Shown here: positions 39,991-50,545 of the stretch, piece by piece
Layout: each line of letters starts with the position of its first letter
Position numbering within the stretch: position 1 is the first letter of the stretch
Source: Octopus sinensis
Lineage: Eukaryota
Direction of reading: 5' to 3'
NCBI RefSeq assembly: GCF_006345805.1
Contig: NC_043000.1
Span: 140,740,001 to 140,804,000 of the forward strand
DNA: 64,000 bases
Program-made: the position numbers and the translations under genes
Notes under the pieces: generated by a model
Told to the model about the DNA's origin: nothing
The model's database searches: none
What the model saw: only the letters and a program-made list of their open reading frames with translations

Positions 39991-41100
39991 GCATTCAAAT
40001 CTTTCGTTTGTAAATAGAGTTTAACTATTAACTTCTCAGTCATACGTATACCTACTCTCTAACTAATATTGACACCAATTAGAGTATCATGCCAGGTTTA
40101 CAGTTACTGTTTTATCCAGCATTGGAATATGAGCTTACAATGTCTCATATTGAGTAGTTCTGATAGAAACACTGTGTTTGCTCTTGACCCCTCAGTTATT
40201 GCAAAGTTAATAATAACATGCAGAATTACGTGTCTGCAGTAGAAATCTAAGGTATTGATAATACGAATAGATTGCTATTATTATTATTCACTTTATGACA
40301 TGAATTAGTTTGAAACACACTGAATAATTGCTATTACACAGAAATAATTAATTAATCCTAAATATAAAACCTGAATGAACAATGATACTTATCTTTAGAA
40401 AGTGTAGCATTCACAATAATTACAAGTTAAGCAGTTAATTCATTGAGATTTAAACACTAATTTACATGAAGACCAAATGTTGCTTCTGAATATTCCTGAA
40501 TTAATTACATTGATAGAAAATCTGTAAACTTCTCCAAAGTTATCCATTTCCTAAGACGGAGAAATTCATATATCAAAGAAATAACAAGTCAAGCAAAAAT
40601 GTCAAATTTGCAAGCATGCACACATAAACATAGTCACATACTTTTATGTATAAAAATACACAACTACAATTAGTCATAATTTACTGACATACACACTCAT
40701 ATATACACTCACTTTCTCTTTACAACTCTTACTTTTTATCATCGTCATCTCTCTGTCTCCCTGTCCCTCACTCTTCACTCTCCCTTTCTTGCTCTCCCTC
40801 CTCAGCTTTCTCTTCTTTAACACAACATTATTCAAATGAGCATCATCATCACCACCTCTATGTTGCTTTATGTAGTGCTTAATTAATAATCAATATGAAG
40901 GGATTTATCTCCAATCTATGTTAATGAAAGCAATATTAAATTCTTGGAAAGGATAATTCTATATTTGATGGTGATTTAAAATTGTGACTGTATTTGAAAT
41001 ATTGCTGCAATTTAAGACGATCTAAATCATTTGGTTGTGTATAGATAATGTAAAATATATAAAAACAAAGAAACAAAAAGGTTTTCTGTAATAATAAATG

Positions 41101-41143
<43 letters not shown>

Positions 41144-41191
41144 TATGTATATATAGGTATAGATAAATTAATATATATATATATATATATA

Positions 41192-41352
41192 GGTTCAGGT
41201 GTGGCTGTATGGTAAGCAGCTTTCTTCCAAACCACATTATTCTGGGTTCAGTCCTACTGTGTGTGACCTTGGGCAAATGTCTCCTTCTCTAGCCTGTCAC
41301 TGACCAAAGCCTTGTAAGTGGATTTGGTAGAGAGAAACTAAAAGAAACCTGT

Positions 41353-41355
<3 letters not shown>
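41192..41355 (+). mobile_element. SINE family A head (variant subfamily)
   Basis: GTGTGGCTGTATGGTAAGCAGCTTTCTTCCAAACCAC; ends at a TA run. Confidence 0.75.
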
Positions 41356-41382
<27 letters not shown>

Positions 41383-41383
<1 letters not shown>

Positions 41384-41896
41384 CGAAATTGAACCAAATA
41401 AAATCGAAGTAAAATCGAAATCGAACCAAATTCAATGACTGGCACCCGTGCCAGTGGGGCGCTAACAGCTCCATTCGAGCGAGATCACTGCCAGAGCAGC
41501 TGTCTGGCTTCAGTGCCAGTGGCTTGTAAAAAGCACCATTTGAGTGTGATCGTTACCAGTGTCACCTTACTGGGACTTGTGCTGGTGGCACATAAACAAA
41601 ACTTTTGAGCGTGGTCATTGTCAGTGCCACTGGACTGACTCCTGTGCAGGTGGCACATAAAAAAAACCCATTTCGAGCGTGGCTGTTGCCAGTACCGCCA
41701 CACTGTCCCTCGTGCCAGTGGCACATAAAAGCACCCACTACACTCTGGAAGTGGTTGGCGTTAGGAAGGGCATCCAGCTGTAGAAAAATCTGCCAGATCA
41801 GATTGGAGCCTGGCGCAGCCATCTGGTTTGCCAGTCCTCAGTCAAATCGTCCAACCCATGCAAGCATGGAAATCGGACGTTAAATAATGATGATGA
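41383..41896 (+). mobile_element. RTE family R 3' UTR copy
   Basis: GTGGCACATAAAAGCACCCACTACACTC...GGACGTTAAATAATGATGATGAT. Confidence 0.85.
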
Positions 41897-41940
41897 TATA
41901 TATATATATATATATACATACATATATATATGTGTGTATG

Positions 41941-42016
<76 letters not shown>

Positions 42017-42769
42017 TGTATGTATGTATTTATATGTATACTTTTATACTGTTTTGGTACATCATTGATTTTTTGCTTTTTAAGGCTACAGCCAGCTATT
42101 CAGTTGAGACTCACAGTGCCATCAACAATAATGAATTAGTTAATTAATTTAATGTTGTTATCGTGCTATGTCTGTGCAAGAAGATTCCTTTTTTAAGTGA
42201 GGAAAGGCTGTGCACTGAGTCAATCCCACTCACTAAGCAACAGCAGCCATAATCCGAAAAGAAGAACAATTCAACATCATCGGTAACCAATGAGCCGCAG
42301 GTTTTATGTCGGAATTATCCCAGTTACCTGAGTTACCTTCTCCTTGAAGGATGCCCTAACAAAGACTAGGAGTCTTTCACTCCCAATGGTTTAACTGTGC
42401 GATCGAGTATTCAGTCCGATTATTTCTATGTCCCTGCACATGATACAGCCTTAAGACTTTTATTGGATGGCCGTTGACTCTCAAGAGTCCCTCCGCCCTT
42501 TGACGGGTTTTGTTTTTCATCCCGCAGGGTGTCCAATAAACACCTTCCTCACCAAGCAAGCTTGGTGGGGTTGCCGGTTTAGTCACTGACGACCCGACCA
42601 TGCAACAAGTTGTACTGGGTTACATGTTACCAGTAGCACTCGAAAGTGACCTGATATAATAAAAAAAATAAATGGCAGTAAGGACTCTGGAACCACATCA
42701 GCTGAAAGAGTCTGGCCCGGCAGGGGATCCAGAGCATCACAGTCTGAACCTGGCCGTCATCATGCTACT

Positions 42770-43578
42770 GTGATAGAACCAAAGAAAATATTGAATTTTG
42801 GCTGTTGGAATGTACGGACACTGCTTGACCGCAAGTCCCCTGAATGTCCTGAAAGAAGGACTGTGCTTATTGCGAAGGAGCTTCAACGCTATGATCTTGA
42901 CATCGTTGCTTTATCTGAGACGAGATTACCTGGAGATGGTCATCTTACAGAATCTTGTGAAAAATATACATTCTTTTGGAAAAGGAGGAATGAAGAGTTT
43001 AGAGGAGCAGCTGGAGTGGCATTTACTGTTAAGATTACTCTTGTGGACAAGTTGGAAGAATTCCCAATCGGAATTAACAAGCGTCTTATGTCTATGAGAA
43101 TTCCTTTGGCTAAAAGAAATTATGTGACCTTTGTGAGTGTGTATGCTCCAACTATGTGCTATACTGATGACGAAAGACTTTCTTTCTACCATGCTTTGAA
43201 GGGCATTATAAGAAATATCCCTTGGGCAGACAAAGTCATCGTACTGGGTGACTTTAATGCTAGAGGGATTTTAACACATGGACTGTAATTGGAAAGCATG
43301 AGGTGGGGAAGTGTAATAGTAATGGCATGCTTTTGCTGCAGATGTATGAGGAGCTGCGTCTGTGTGTTACCAATACCATGTTTCAACAAAAGAATAAGTT
43401 TAAGACTACAAGGATGCACCCTGCATCTAAAGAATGGCATATTCTGGATTACATCCTTGTTAGGGTGTGTGACAGACAAGATGTGCAGTGTGTTCGTGTT
43501 CTTCATGGAGCTGAGTGTTGGACTGACCACCGCCTAGTACGTGAAAAAGTGAAATTAGTCACAAAACATAAAATCTGA
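42770..43578 (+). pseudogene. APE endonuclease domain of the RTE LINE, frameshifted
   Basis: Motifs GCWNVRTL, DIVALSETR, SVYAPT, VLGDFNAR, WHILDYILVR, WTDHRLV. Confidence 0.93.
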
Positions 43579-44176
43579 GCTGCAGGGATGACCCTGCCTA
43601 AAAGACTGAATGTTGATCGTCTTAGGTGTAATAGTGTGAAGAGAATTTTACGAGAGGAAATGAATGCTGCAGATTTTGGGAAGGATTGGCCGACCCTTAA
43701 AATGTCAGTTTATGATATAGGCAATAAAGTTCTGGGATTGATACAAAGAAAGCATCAAGATTAGTTTAAAGAAAATGATGAACATATAGATGATTTATTG
43801 GCTGATAAAAGATGTACTTTGTCATGCTATTTGTCAGCAAAGCCACAGGAAAGAGAAGTGTTGCATAGGGAACTCAAGGACGTAAAATCACGTGTGAGGC
43901 AAAAGCTCTCTCAGATGAGGGATACGTGGTGGAGTAAGAAGGCTGATGAGATACAGGTGGCATCAGATTCCAATAACACAAAGCTGTTGTATGGTCTCTT
44001 GCGAGAAGTTTATGGACCGACATCTTCCCTGATGACACCACTTCGAAGCAGGGATGGTAAAGAACTTCTTCATGATTCACAAGGAATTCTGCGAAGGTGG
44101 CAAGAACACTTTAATGAACTTTTGAATCAGCAGTCTAGTTAGTGAGGATGTTCTCTATCTCATCCCTGAATTACCT

Positions 44177-45624
44177 GTGAAGGCAGCACTCGCAGAACCA
44201 CCAAAGTTGGAAGAAGTTGCAATGACTGTCTCAAGGTTGAATAATGGGAAGTCTTCAGGTATGGATGGCATACATGTGGAGTTGTTACAACATGGTGTTG
44301 AGAAACTTCTGCAGAAACTTCACTCTTTGTTTGGTAAGATATGGACTAGTGAATCTGTACCTGAGGACTGGAGAGATGCAGTAATGGTGGTCCTGTATAA
44401 GGGAAAGGGCAACAGGAATAATTGTGGTAATTATAGGGGAGTATCATTGATGTCTGCCGTAGGATGGTTTTATGCAAGATACTTCTGGATCGTCTGCTGA
44501 AATACATTGCAGGTTGTGTTCTTCAAGAAAGTCAATCTGGCTTTCGTGTGGGACGTGGCACTGCTGATATGATCTTTTCAGCTAGACAGCTTCAGGAGAA
44601 GTGTGTGGAACAGGGTCTGGATTTGTATCAGGTTTTTGTCAATCTAACAAAAGCCTTTGATACCGTCACTAGAAAAGCATTGTGGAAAGTCCTCTAGAAA
44701 CTTGGGTGTCCTGAAAAGTTCCTTGCTTTGGTTAGATCTTTCCATGAAGACATGAATGGTAGGGTGAATGTTAGAGGGAAAATTTCAGAGCCCATTTCAA
44801 TACACAATGGAGTGAAACAGGGGAATATTCTGGCACTGACCCTATTTTCTATATATTTTGCGATGGTGTTCTCTATTGCATTCAGAAACTGCAGATACGG
44901 TGTTTACATCCATTATCGAACCTCTGGCAGCATATTTAATATCAGGCGCCTTGCTGCAAAAACAAAGGTATTTACCTCTATCATAAGAGACCTTTTGTAT
45001 GCAGATGATTGTGAGCTTGTAGCACACACAGAGATTGATATGCAACACATTTTGAATGCATTCTCTGATGCTTGCACTGCCTTAGGATTGACAGTTAATA
45101 TCAAGAAAACTGTTGTCATGCATCAACCTGCCCCTGGTAAGCAATATAGCATACCAAATATCTATGTGTATGGTAAACGACTTGATGTAGTTGATCAGTT
45201 TGTCCACCTGGGAAGCACTATTAATAGATATAGCAATTTGGATGATGAAATTCCATATAGAATTAGGAAAGCAAGTGTTGCTTTCGGAAGGCTAGAAAAG
45301 CGCCTCTGGAGTCGGCGAGACATATGCAGAAAGACAAAGATGAAGATGTACAAGGCATGTGTGCTCCTTTCTCTTCTCTATGCCTGCGAGACGTGGGTCA
45401 CATATCGATACCACCTTAAACAACTGGAACGTTTCCATCAGATGTGCCTCAGACGAATCGATGGCATTAAGTGGAAGGACCGCATCAGTGATCTTGAAAT
45501 ATTGGAAGTCTCTCGGTGTGAAAGTATAGAAGCTCTTGTGTTAAAGCAAAGGCTCAGATGGAGTGGTCATTTGGTCAGGATGAAGGATTCAAGGATGCCA
45601 AAACAACTCTTTTATGGAGAGTGA
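44177..45624 (+). pseudogene. Reverse transcriptase domain of the RTE LINE, with stops and frameshifts
   Basis: Motifs LYKGKGNRNNCGNYRGVSLMS, ESQSGFR..RGTADMIF, FVNLTKAFDTV, GVKQG, DLLYADD, HLGS, RLRWSGHLVRM..PKQLFYGE. Confidence 0.95.
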
Positions 45625-46102
45625 GCTAAAGGAGAACGACCTCTACATAAACCAAAAAAGAGGTATAAGGTCTTGCTGAAGGCTTCCTTAAGAGATGCTT
45701 GCATCTCTCCTGACACATGGGAAGGCATAGCTATTGATCGTAGCAGGTGGAAAAGGATTGTGCACGAGGTGACAGCTACTTTTGAGAAATCTTGAGTTGC
45801 ACATGACAAAGTAAGGAGGGATGTCAGGAAGGGCATCGCTGTTACACTTCCAGATGGGAAGGGTCTTCCTTTGATGCTGACATGCAATGTCTGTGCAAGA
45901 CCCTGCCTCAGTAAAGCTGGACCCAAGAGTCATCTTCGTAGTCATAAAGCGAGACAGATGAGAGACAACCTGGCAACTGGTGGTGGTGTAACACACCATA
46001 CTAATCATATTTGTTGGACATGTGGAAGAGAGTGTAATTTGGCAGGAGGACTTAAATGACATGCAAAGGTACATGAAGCCGAGTTACAACTACAGCCGGC
46101 TA

Positions 46103-46367
46103 TTACTGGTGCTGAGATCGAATGTGACTTTTTAACCCAGCTAAAGATCTACAGTGTCTTGTACAGAATCGGCAACTAAAACCTTTACCGGTAATAGCCG
46201 GCTGTAGTTGTAACTCGGCTTCATGTACCTTTGCATGTCGTTTAAGTCCTCCTGCCAAATTACACTCTCTTCCACATGCCCGACAGATATGATTAGTATG
46301 GTGTGTTACTCATCTGTCTCGCTTTTTGACTACGGAGATGACTCTTGGGTCCAGCTTTACTGAGGCA
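46103..46367 (-). repeat. Inverted duplicate of the LINE's own 3' coding end
   Basis: 46186-46367 is the reverse complement of 45904-46110 (with a 26-nt deletion). 46103-46180 is the reverse complement of 46369-46445. Confidence 0.92.
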
Positions 46368-46516
46368 ATTTAGTTGCCAATTCTGTACAAGACACTGTAG
46401 ATCTTTAGCTGGGCTAAAATGTCACATTCATCACAGCACCAGTAACAGTTAAGCTTCATGCAATGGCCATACTCGATAATGAGGGGGCAGCCATAATATA
46501 AATATATATATATATA

Positions 46517-46910
46517 TGGATCAGAATGGAAATCGATCAATGGAAATTGCAGATGTGTTACCAGTGCCGGTGGCATGTAAGAGAACCTTCCGTTTCGCGA
46601 CCGTTGCCAGCACCGCCCCGTTTCGTGTCCGTTGCCAGCCTCGGCTGGCCCTCGTGCCGGTGGCACAAAAAAAGCACCATCCATTCGTGGCCGTTTGCCA
46701 GCTCGGTCTGGCACCTGTGCGAGTGGCACGTAAAAAGCACCCACTACACTCACGGAGTGGTTGGCGTTAGGAAGGGCATCCAGCCGTAGAAACACTGCCA
46801 GATTTGACTGGGCCTGATGAAGCCTTCTGGTTTCACAGACCCCAGTAGAACCGTCCAACCCATGCTAGCATGGAAAACGGACGCTAAACGACGACGATGA
46901 TGATGATGAT
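46517..46910 (+). mobile_element. RTE family R 3' UTR copy
   Basis: Matches other R copies; (GAT)n tail. Confidence 0.85.
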
Positions 46911-46919
46911 ATGGAAAGA

Positions 46920-46953
<34 letters not shown>

Positions 46954-47526
46954 GAAAGAAGAAGTGTATTCCCATGTATATATGTATATATACTAAAAGA
47001 TTGAACACTAAGTATCTTACTATTCCCACAAGCCTTGAAAGGTGAAGAGGCCAGTGCACTGAGATTGAAACTGAAAAAAGAACTATACGCACCACGACAG
47101 AAATGGTAAAAAAAAACCATTTTTTCTTTCTCTCTATTTTCTCTTTCTTCTTCACTTTTATAAAACTCAATATGACTGAACTTTCAATAATGTACATTTG
47201 TTGCGATCTTTGCTTAGCATTAATATTAACTATCTAGCTCTGTTAAAATCATTAAAACTTCTGTGAACATTTGAATACTTGATGATTTAAAGATATCTGT
47301 CCAATTTTTACTTTGTAATTTAAAACTCTCTTAAATCCCACCTTTTTTAAATATATATATATTTGTACCATTGATAATCAAAAAATTGTTGAAACTAGTT
47401 TGGTATATGAATAAATCTATTTAAAAACAACCACACATTTATCAGATTCAGGTGCATTTTCAAATCCCAAAACAAATTCCCCTACATATGCATATAAATA
47501 ATATATATATATATATATACCTTGAC

Positions 47527-47760
47527 ATAAGGCGGCGAGCTGGCAGAAATGTTAGCGCGCCGGGCGAAATGCTTAGTGGTAGTTCGTCTGACGTTACGTT
47601 CTGAGTTCAAATTCCGCCAAGGTAGACTTTGCCTTTCATCCTTTCGGGGTCGATAAATAAAGTACCAATTTCGCACTGGGGTCGATGTAATCGACTTAAT
47701 CCGTTTGTCTGTCCTTGTTTGTCCCCCCTATATGTTTAACCCCTTGTGGATAGTAAAGAA
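47527..47760 (+). mobile_element. SINE family B, low divergence
   Basis: TAAGGCGGCGAGCTGGCAGAA..GAGTTCAAATTCCGCC..CTTTCATCCTTTCGGGGTCGATAAA. Flanked by a repeated ATATATATATACCTTGAC (TSD). Confidence 0.88.
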
Positions 47761-47789
47761 ATATATATATATACCTTGACTTATATATA

Positions 47790-48056
47790 GGTGCAGGTGT
47801 GGCTGTATGGTAAGCAGCTTTCTTCCAAACCACATAATCCTGGGTTCAATCCCACAGTGTGGGACCTTGGACAAGTGTCTTCTGATATACCCTGTTGCTG
47901 ACAAACCGGAGTGGTTGGCGTTAGGGATGACATCCAGCTGTAGAAACTCTGCCAGATCGGATTGGAGTCTGGTGCAGCCACCTGGTTTGCCAGACCTCAG
48001 TCAAATCCCCCAAGCCATGCTAGCATGGAAAGCGGACGTTAAATGATGATCATGAT
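47790..48056 (+). mobile_element. Chimera: SINE A head fused to an RTE family R 3' end
   Basis: SINE head 47790-47905 joins directly to CGGAGTGGTTGGCG...GGACGTTAAATGATGAT. Confidence 0.75.
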
Positions 48057-48133
48057 ATATGAGAGCTTTTGGTATCCAAAAGACCCCAAATGGCAGGTAA
48101 GGCTATGTAAATGCTATTTAACTCTCTCATATC

Positions 48134-48181
48134 GTCTCTGATGAAGGGATATCCCACATATCTCTGAAACAGTTGTAAGGC
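48134..48181 (+). ncRNA. Minimal type I hammerhead ribozyme motif
   Basis: GUCU | CUGAUGA | AGGGAUAU-cccac-AUAUCUCU | GAA | AC-aguu-GU | A | AGGC. All conserved core nucleotides are present, with an 8-bp stem II, short stem III, GUA triplet and 4-bp stem I. Confidence 0.75.
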
Positions 48182-48268
48182 TACCTTTGTCTTTATAAAT
48201 GCCCCAGAAATTTCACACTGCTTTGGCTTTATTGTCTCATTTTGTTTAACACACACACATATAGAGAT

Positions 48269-48307
<39 letters not shown>

Positions 48308-49865
48308 TCATCATTTAGCGTCCGTTCTCCATGCTAGCGTGGGTTATATATATACATATACATACACACACAAATGTATATATTTCATGTGTATTCTTAG
48401 TGGTCTCTGTTTTGTCTCCTCCTCCTTACTATTGCTGGCTAGTGAACTTTCTTCATGGTGGTGCTGATGTAGACTTGTAGTTATAATCACGGTAGATTTG
48501 TTATTTTGGAGTTGAACATTTACTGTCAAATGTAAAGTCAAATCTCGTAACTATTGAAATATTGAGGAAAATCTCATAACTACTGAAATATTGAGGTAAA
48601 AAAAAACTTATCCTATTTTTTCATGTAACATAATTAGAACTTATTTTGCATAAGTATAGGGACTTTCTAGAGCCTACTTGACATTATTTAAGGTCATTTC
48701 CCTCTTTTTTAGTAGGGTTGTGTTGTTGCTCATTAAATCCATGTGTAGTGCAGTATTTTCATACACATGTCATTAAAATTTTTATTTGGGAATTTTATTC
48801 CCTGCATAATATTTGCCTGGGCATACACATATTTCTATGCATGCAATCTTCTTTTTGCATCACCATTAAGCTTTGAGCTTTCTTTGGGCTGAACTTTTTC
48901 TTGTTCTCTTATATACATTCACCAGCAAACTTTGGCAATATTTTTACAGTATGTATTCACGTTCAACATTTTCTTTTGCTGTACACACATTTTTGTGTGT
49001 AAAGATGCAAATTTTATTTTATCATGCAGCACTTTCTTCTGCAAGTATATCTGCAATATCTACAGACAGCTATTTCATGGATAACATCAGATTTTACTAT
49101 TTTTTAGAAACTTTCTGAAATCAACAGGTTGCTATCGTGTTACCATATAGGAGAGCTATCTCATGTGACATGTTCAAATAATAAAGATAAAACATATTTG
49201 AACACGTTTTTTTGTTTTATTCTGGAGTCTCTCCCTAAAACATATTCACGTATGAAACTGACAAATGTATAAACTTATAAGGCTCTGTAAATAATGTAGC
49301 AGTTATTTTCCACATCAAATAGCACAGTTAAGATCTTATTATTTAGGTGACATGTGACATGAATCTGGATAGTACATCATATTGAATACATTAAGAACAT
49401 AAAGATAGGGTCAAAGCACTGAATAATTTTAACAGCTTTTCAGTCGGTGGTTATGTGTTTTGCTTGCTATCAGATATGGGATAGATAAATCTAAGAAATA
49501 TTCACTTTTTCCTAAATTTACCATTTTCCTAATTAACAGGAAATCTAAAGATAATGAATTCCAGAAACAAATTGTTGGATAAGTGTTAGTAGTATTTTGT
49601 TGCTTTTCTTTATATTCTGAGTTTAAATATTTTAAAGGTCAGTTGTGGTTTTATCCTTGTAGGATTATTAAAGTCTTAGTCAAGTGCTGGGTTGATATAA
49701 TAACTTACACTCCCCCTCCAATTTGAGGCCTTGCGCCTGTTAAAAGTATTATATGTTACTTTAATCATATCTTCTTACCTCACTTATTCACGCTGACTAG
49801 TTTCTTCATACACATTGCGTCATTCAAACTGAATATGATACTTTAAATAATAATACAATACATTT

Positions 49866-50121
49866 GGTGGCACATAAAAAGCATTAACCGATTGTGGTCA
49901 TTGCCAGCCTCCCCTGGCCCCTGTGCTGGTGGCACGTAAAAAGTATCCATTACACTCACAGAGTGATTGGCATTCGGAAGGGCATCCAGCTGTAGAAACA
50001 CTGCCAGATCAGACTGGAGCCTGGTGCAGCCTCCTGGTTTCTCAGACCCCGGTTGAACTGCCCAACCCATGCTAGCATGGAAATAGACGTTAAACGATGA
50101 TGATGATGATGATGATGATGA
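49866..50121 (+). mobile_element. RTE family R 3' UTR copy
   Basis: Matches other R copies; (GAT)n tail. Confidence 0.85.
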
Positions 50122-50545
50122 TTATAATGATGATTCACCCATTTTAACTATTTATCTTGTGGATAGTTATTCCATAAGTAATTTCAAATAACTCACATAT
50201 TGTAGATATTGATTAAAGCAAGTCGTCTGACATCAAGAAGAGTTAAGGTAGAACATTCCCCATATTTTCTAATGATACAGCACCTAAATAATATTACAGA
50301 TGTTATTTTGGTTCATGGAATTTAAGTTTAACATCAACACCTATCAGCAGTATGGCATTCCCAATGCATATAACAGTTAAATATGTGTTTCAAGTTATCT
50401 AGAGATAGGTGTAAGGAATGGCTGTGTGACTGCATGGTTTCAATGACATACCTGTGGGCAGTGCCCTAGGTAAGTAACTTTAACTACAGTAAGATAATTG
50501 AAACTTTGTGAGTGAAATTTGAACAGAAATGGCAGGGAAACCTAT

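Larger units (their letters stand above)
42254..46494 (+). mobile_element. Apparently full-length, decayed RTE-clade LINE (5' UTR, APE, RT, three C2H2 fingers, short 3' UTR)
   Basis: Flanked by the 11-bp direct repeat GCAGCCATAAT (42243-42253 and 46487-46497), a probable TSD overlapping the 3' end. Domain evidence is given in the two entries below. Confidence 0.92.

Noticed and set aside
42460-42600. HDV-like or twister ribozyme call in the RTE 5' UTR
   Set aside because: I could not build P1/P1.1 or the twister pseudoknots by eye; kept only as an unassigned structured UTR.
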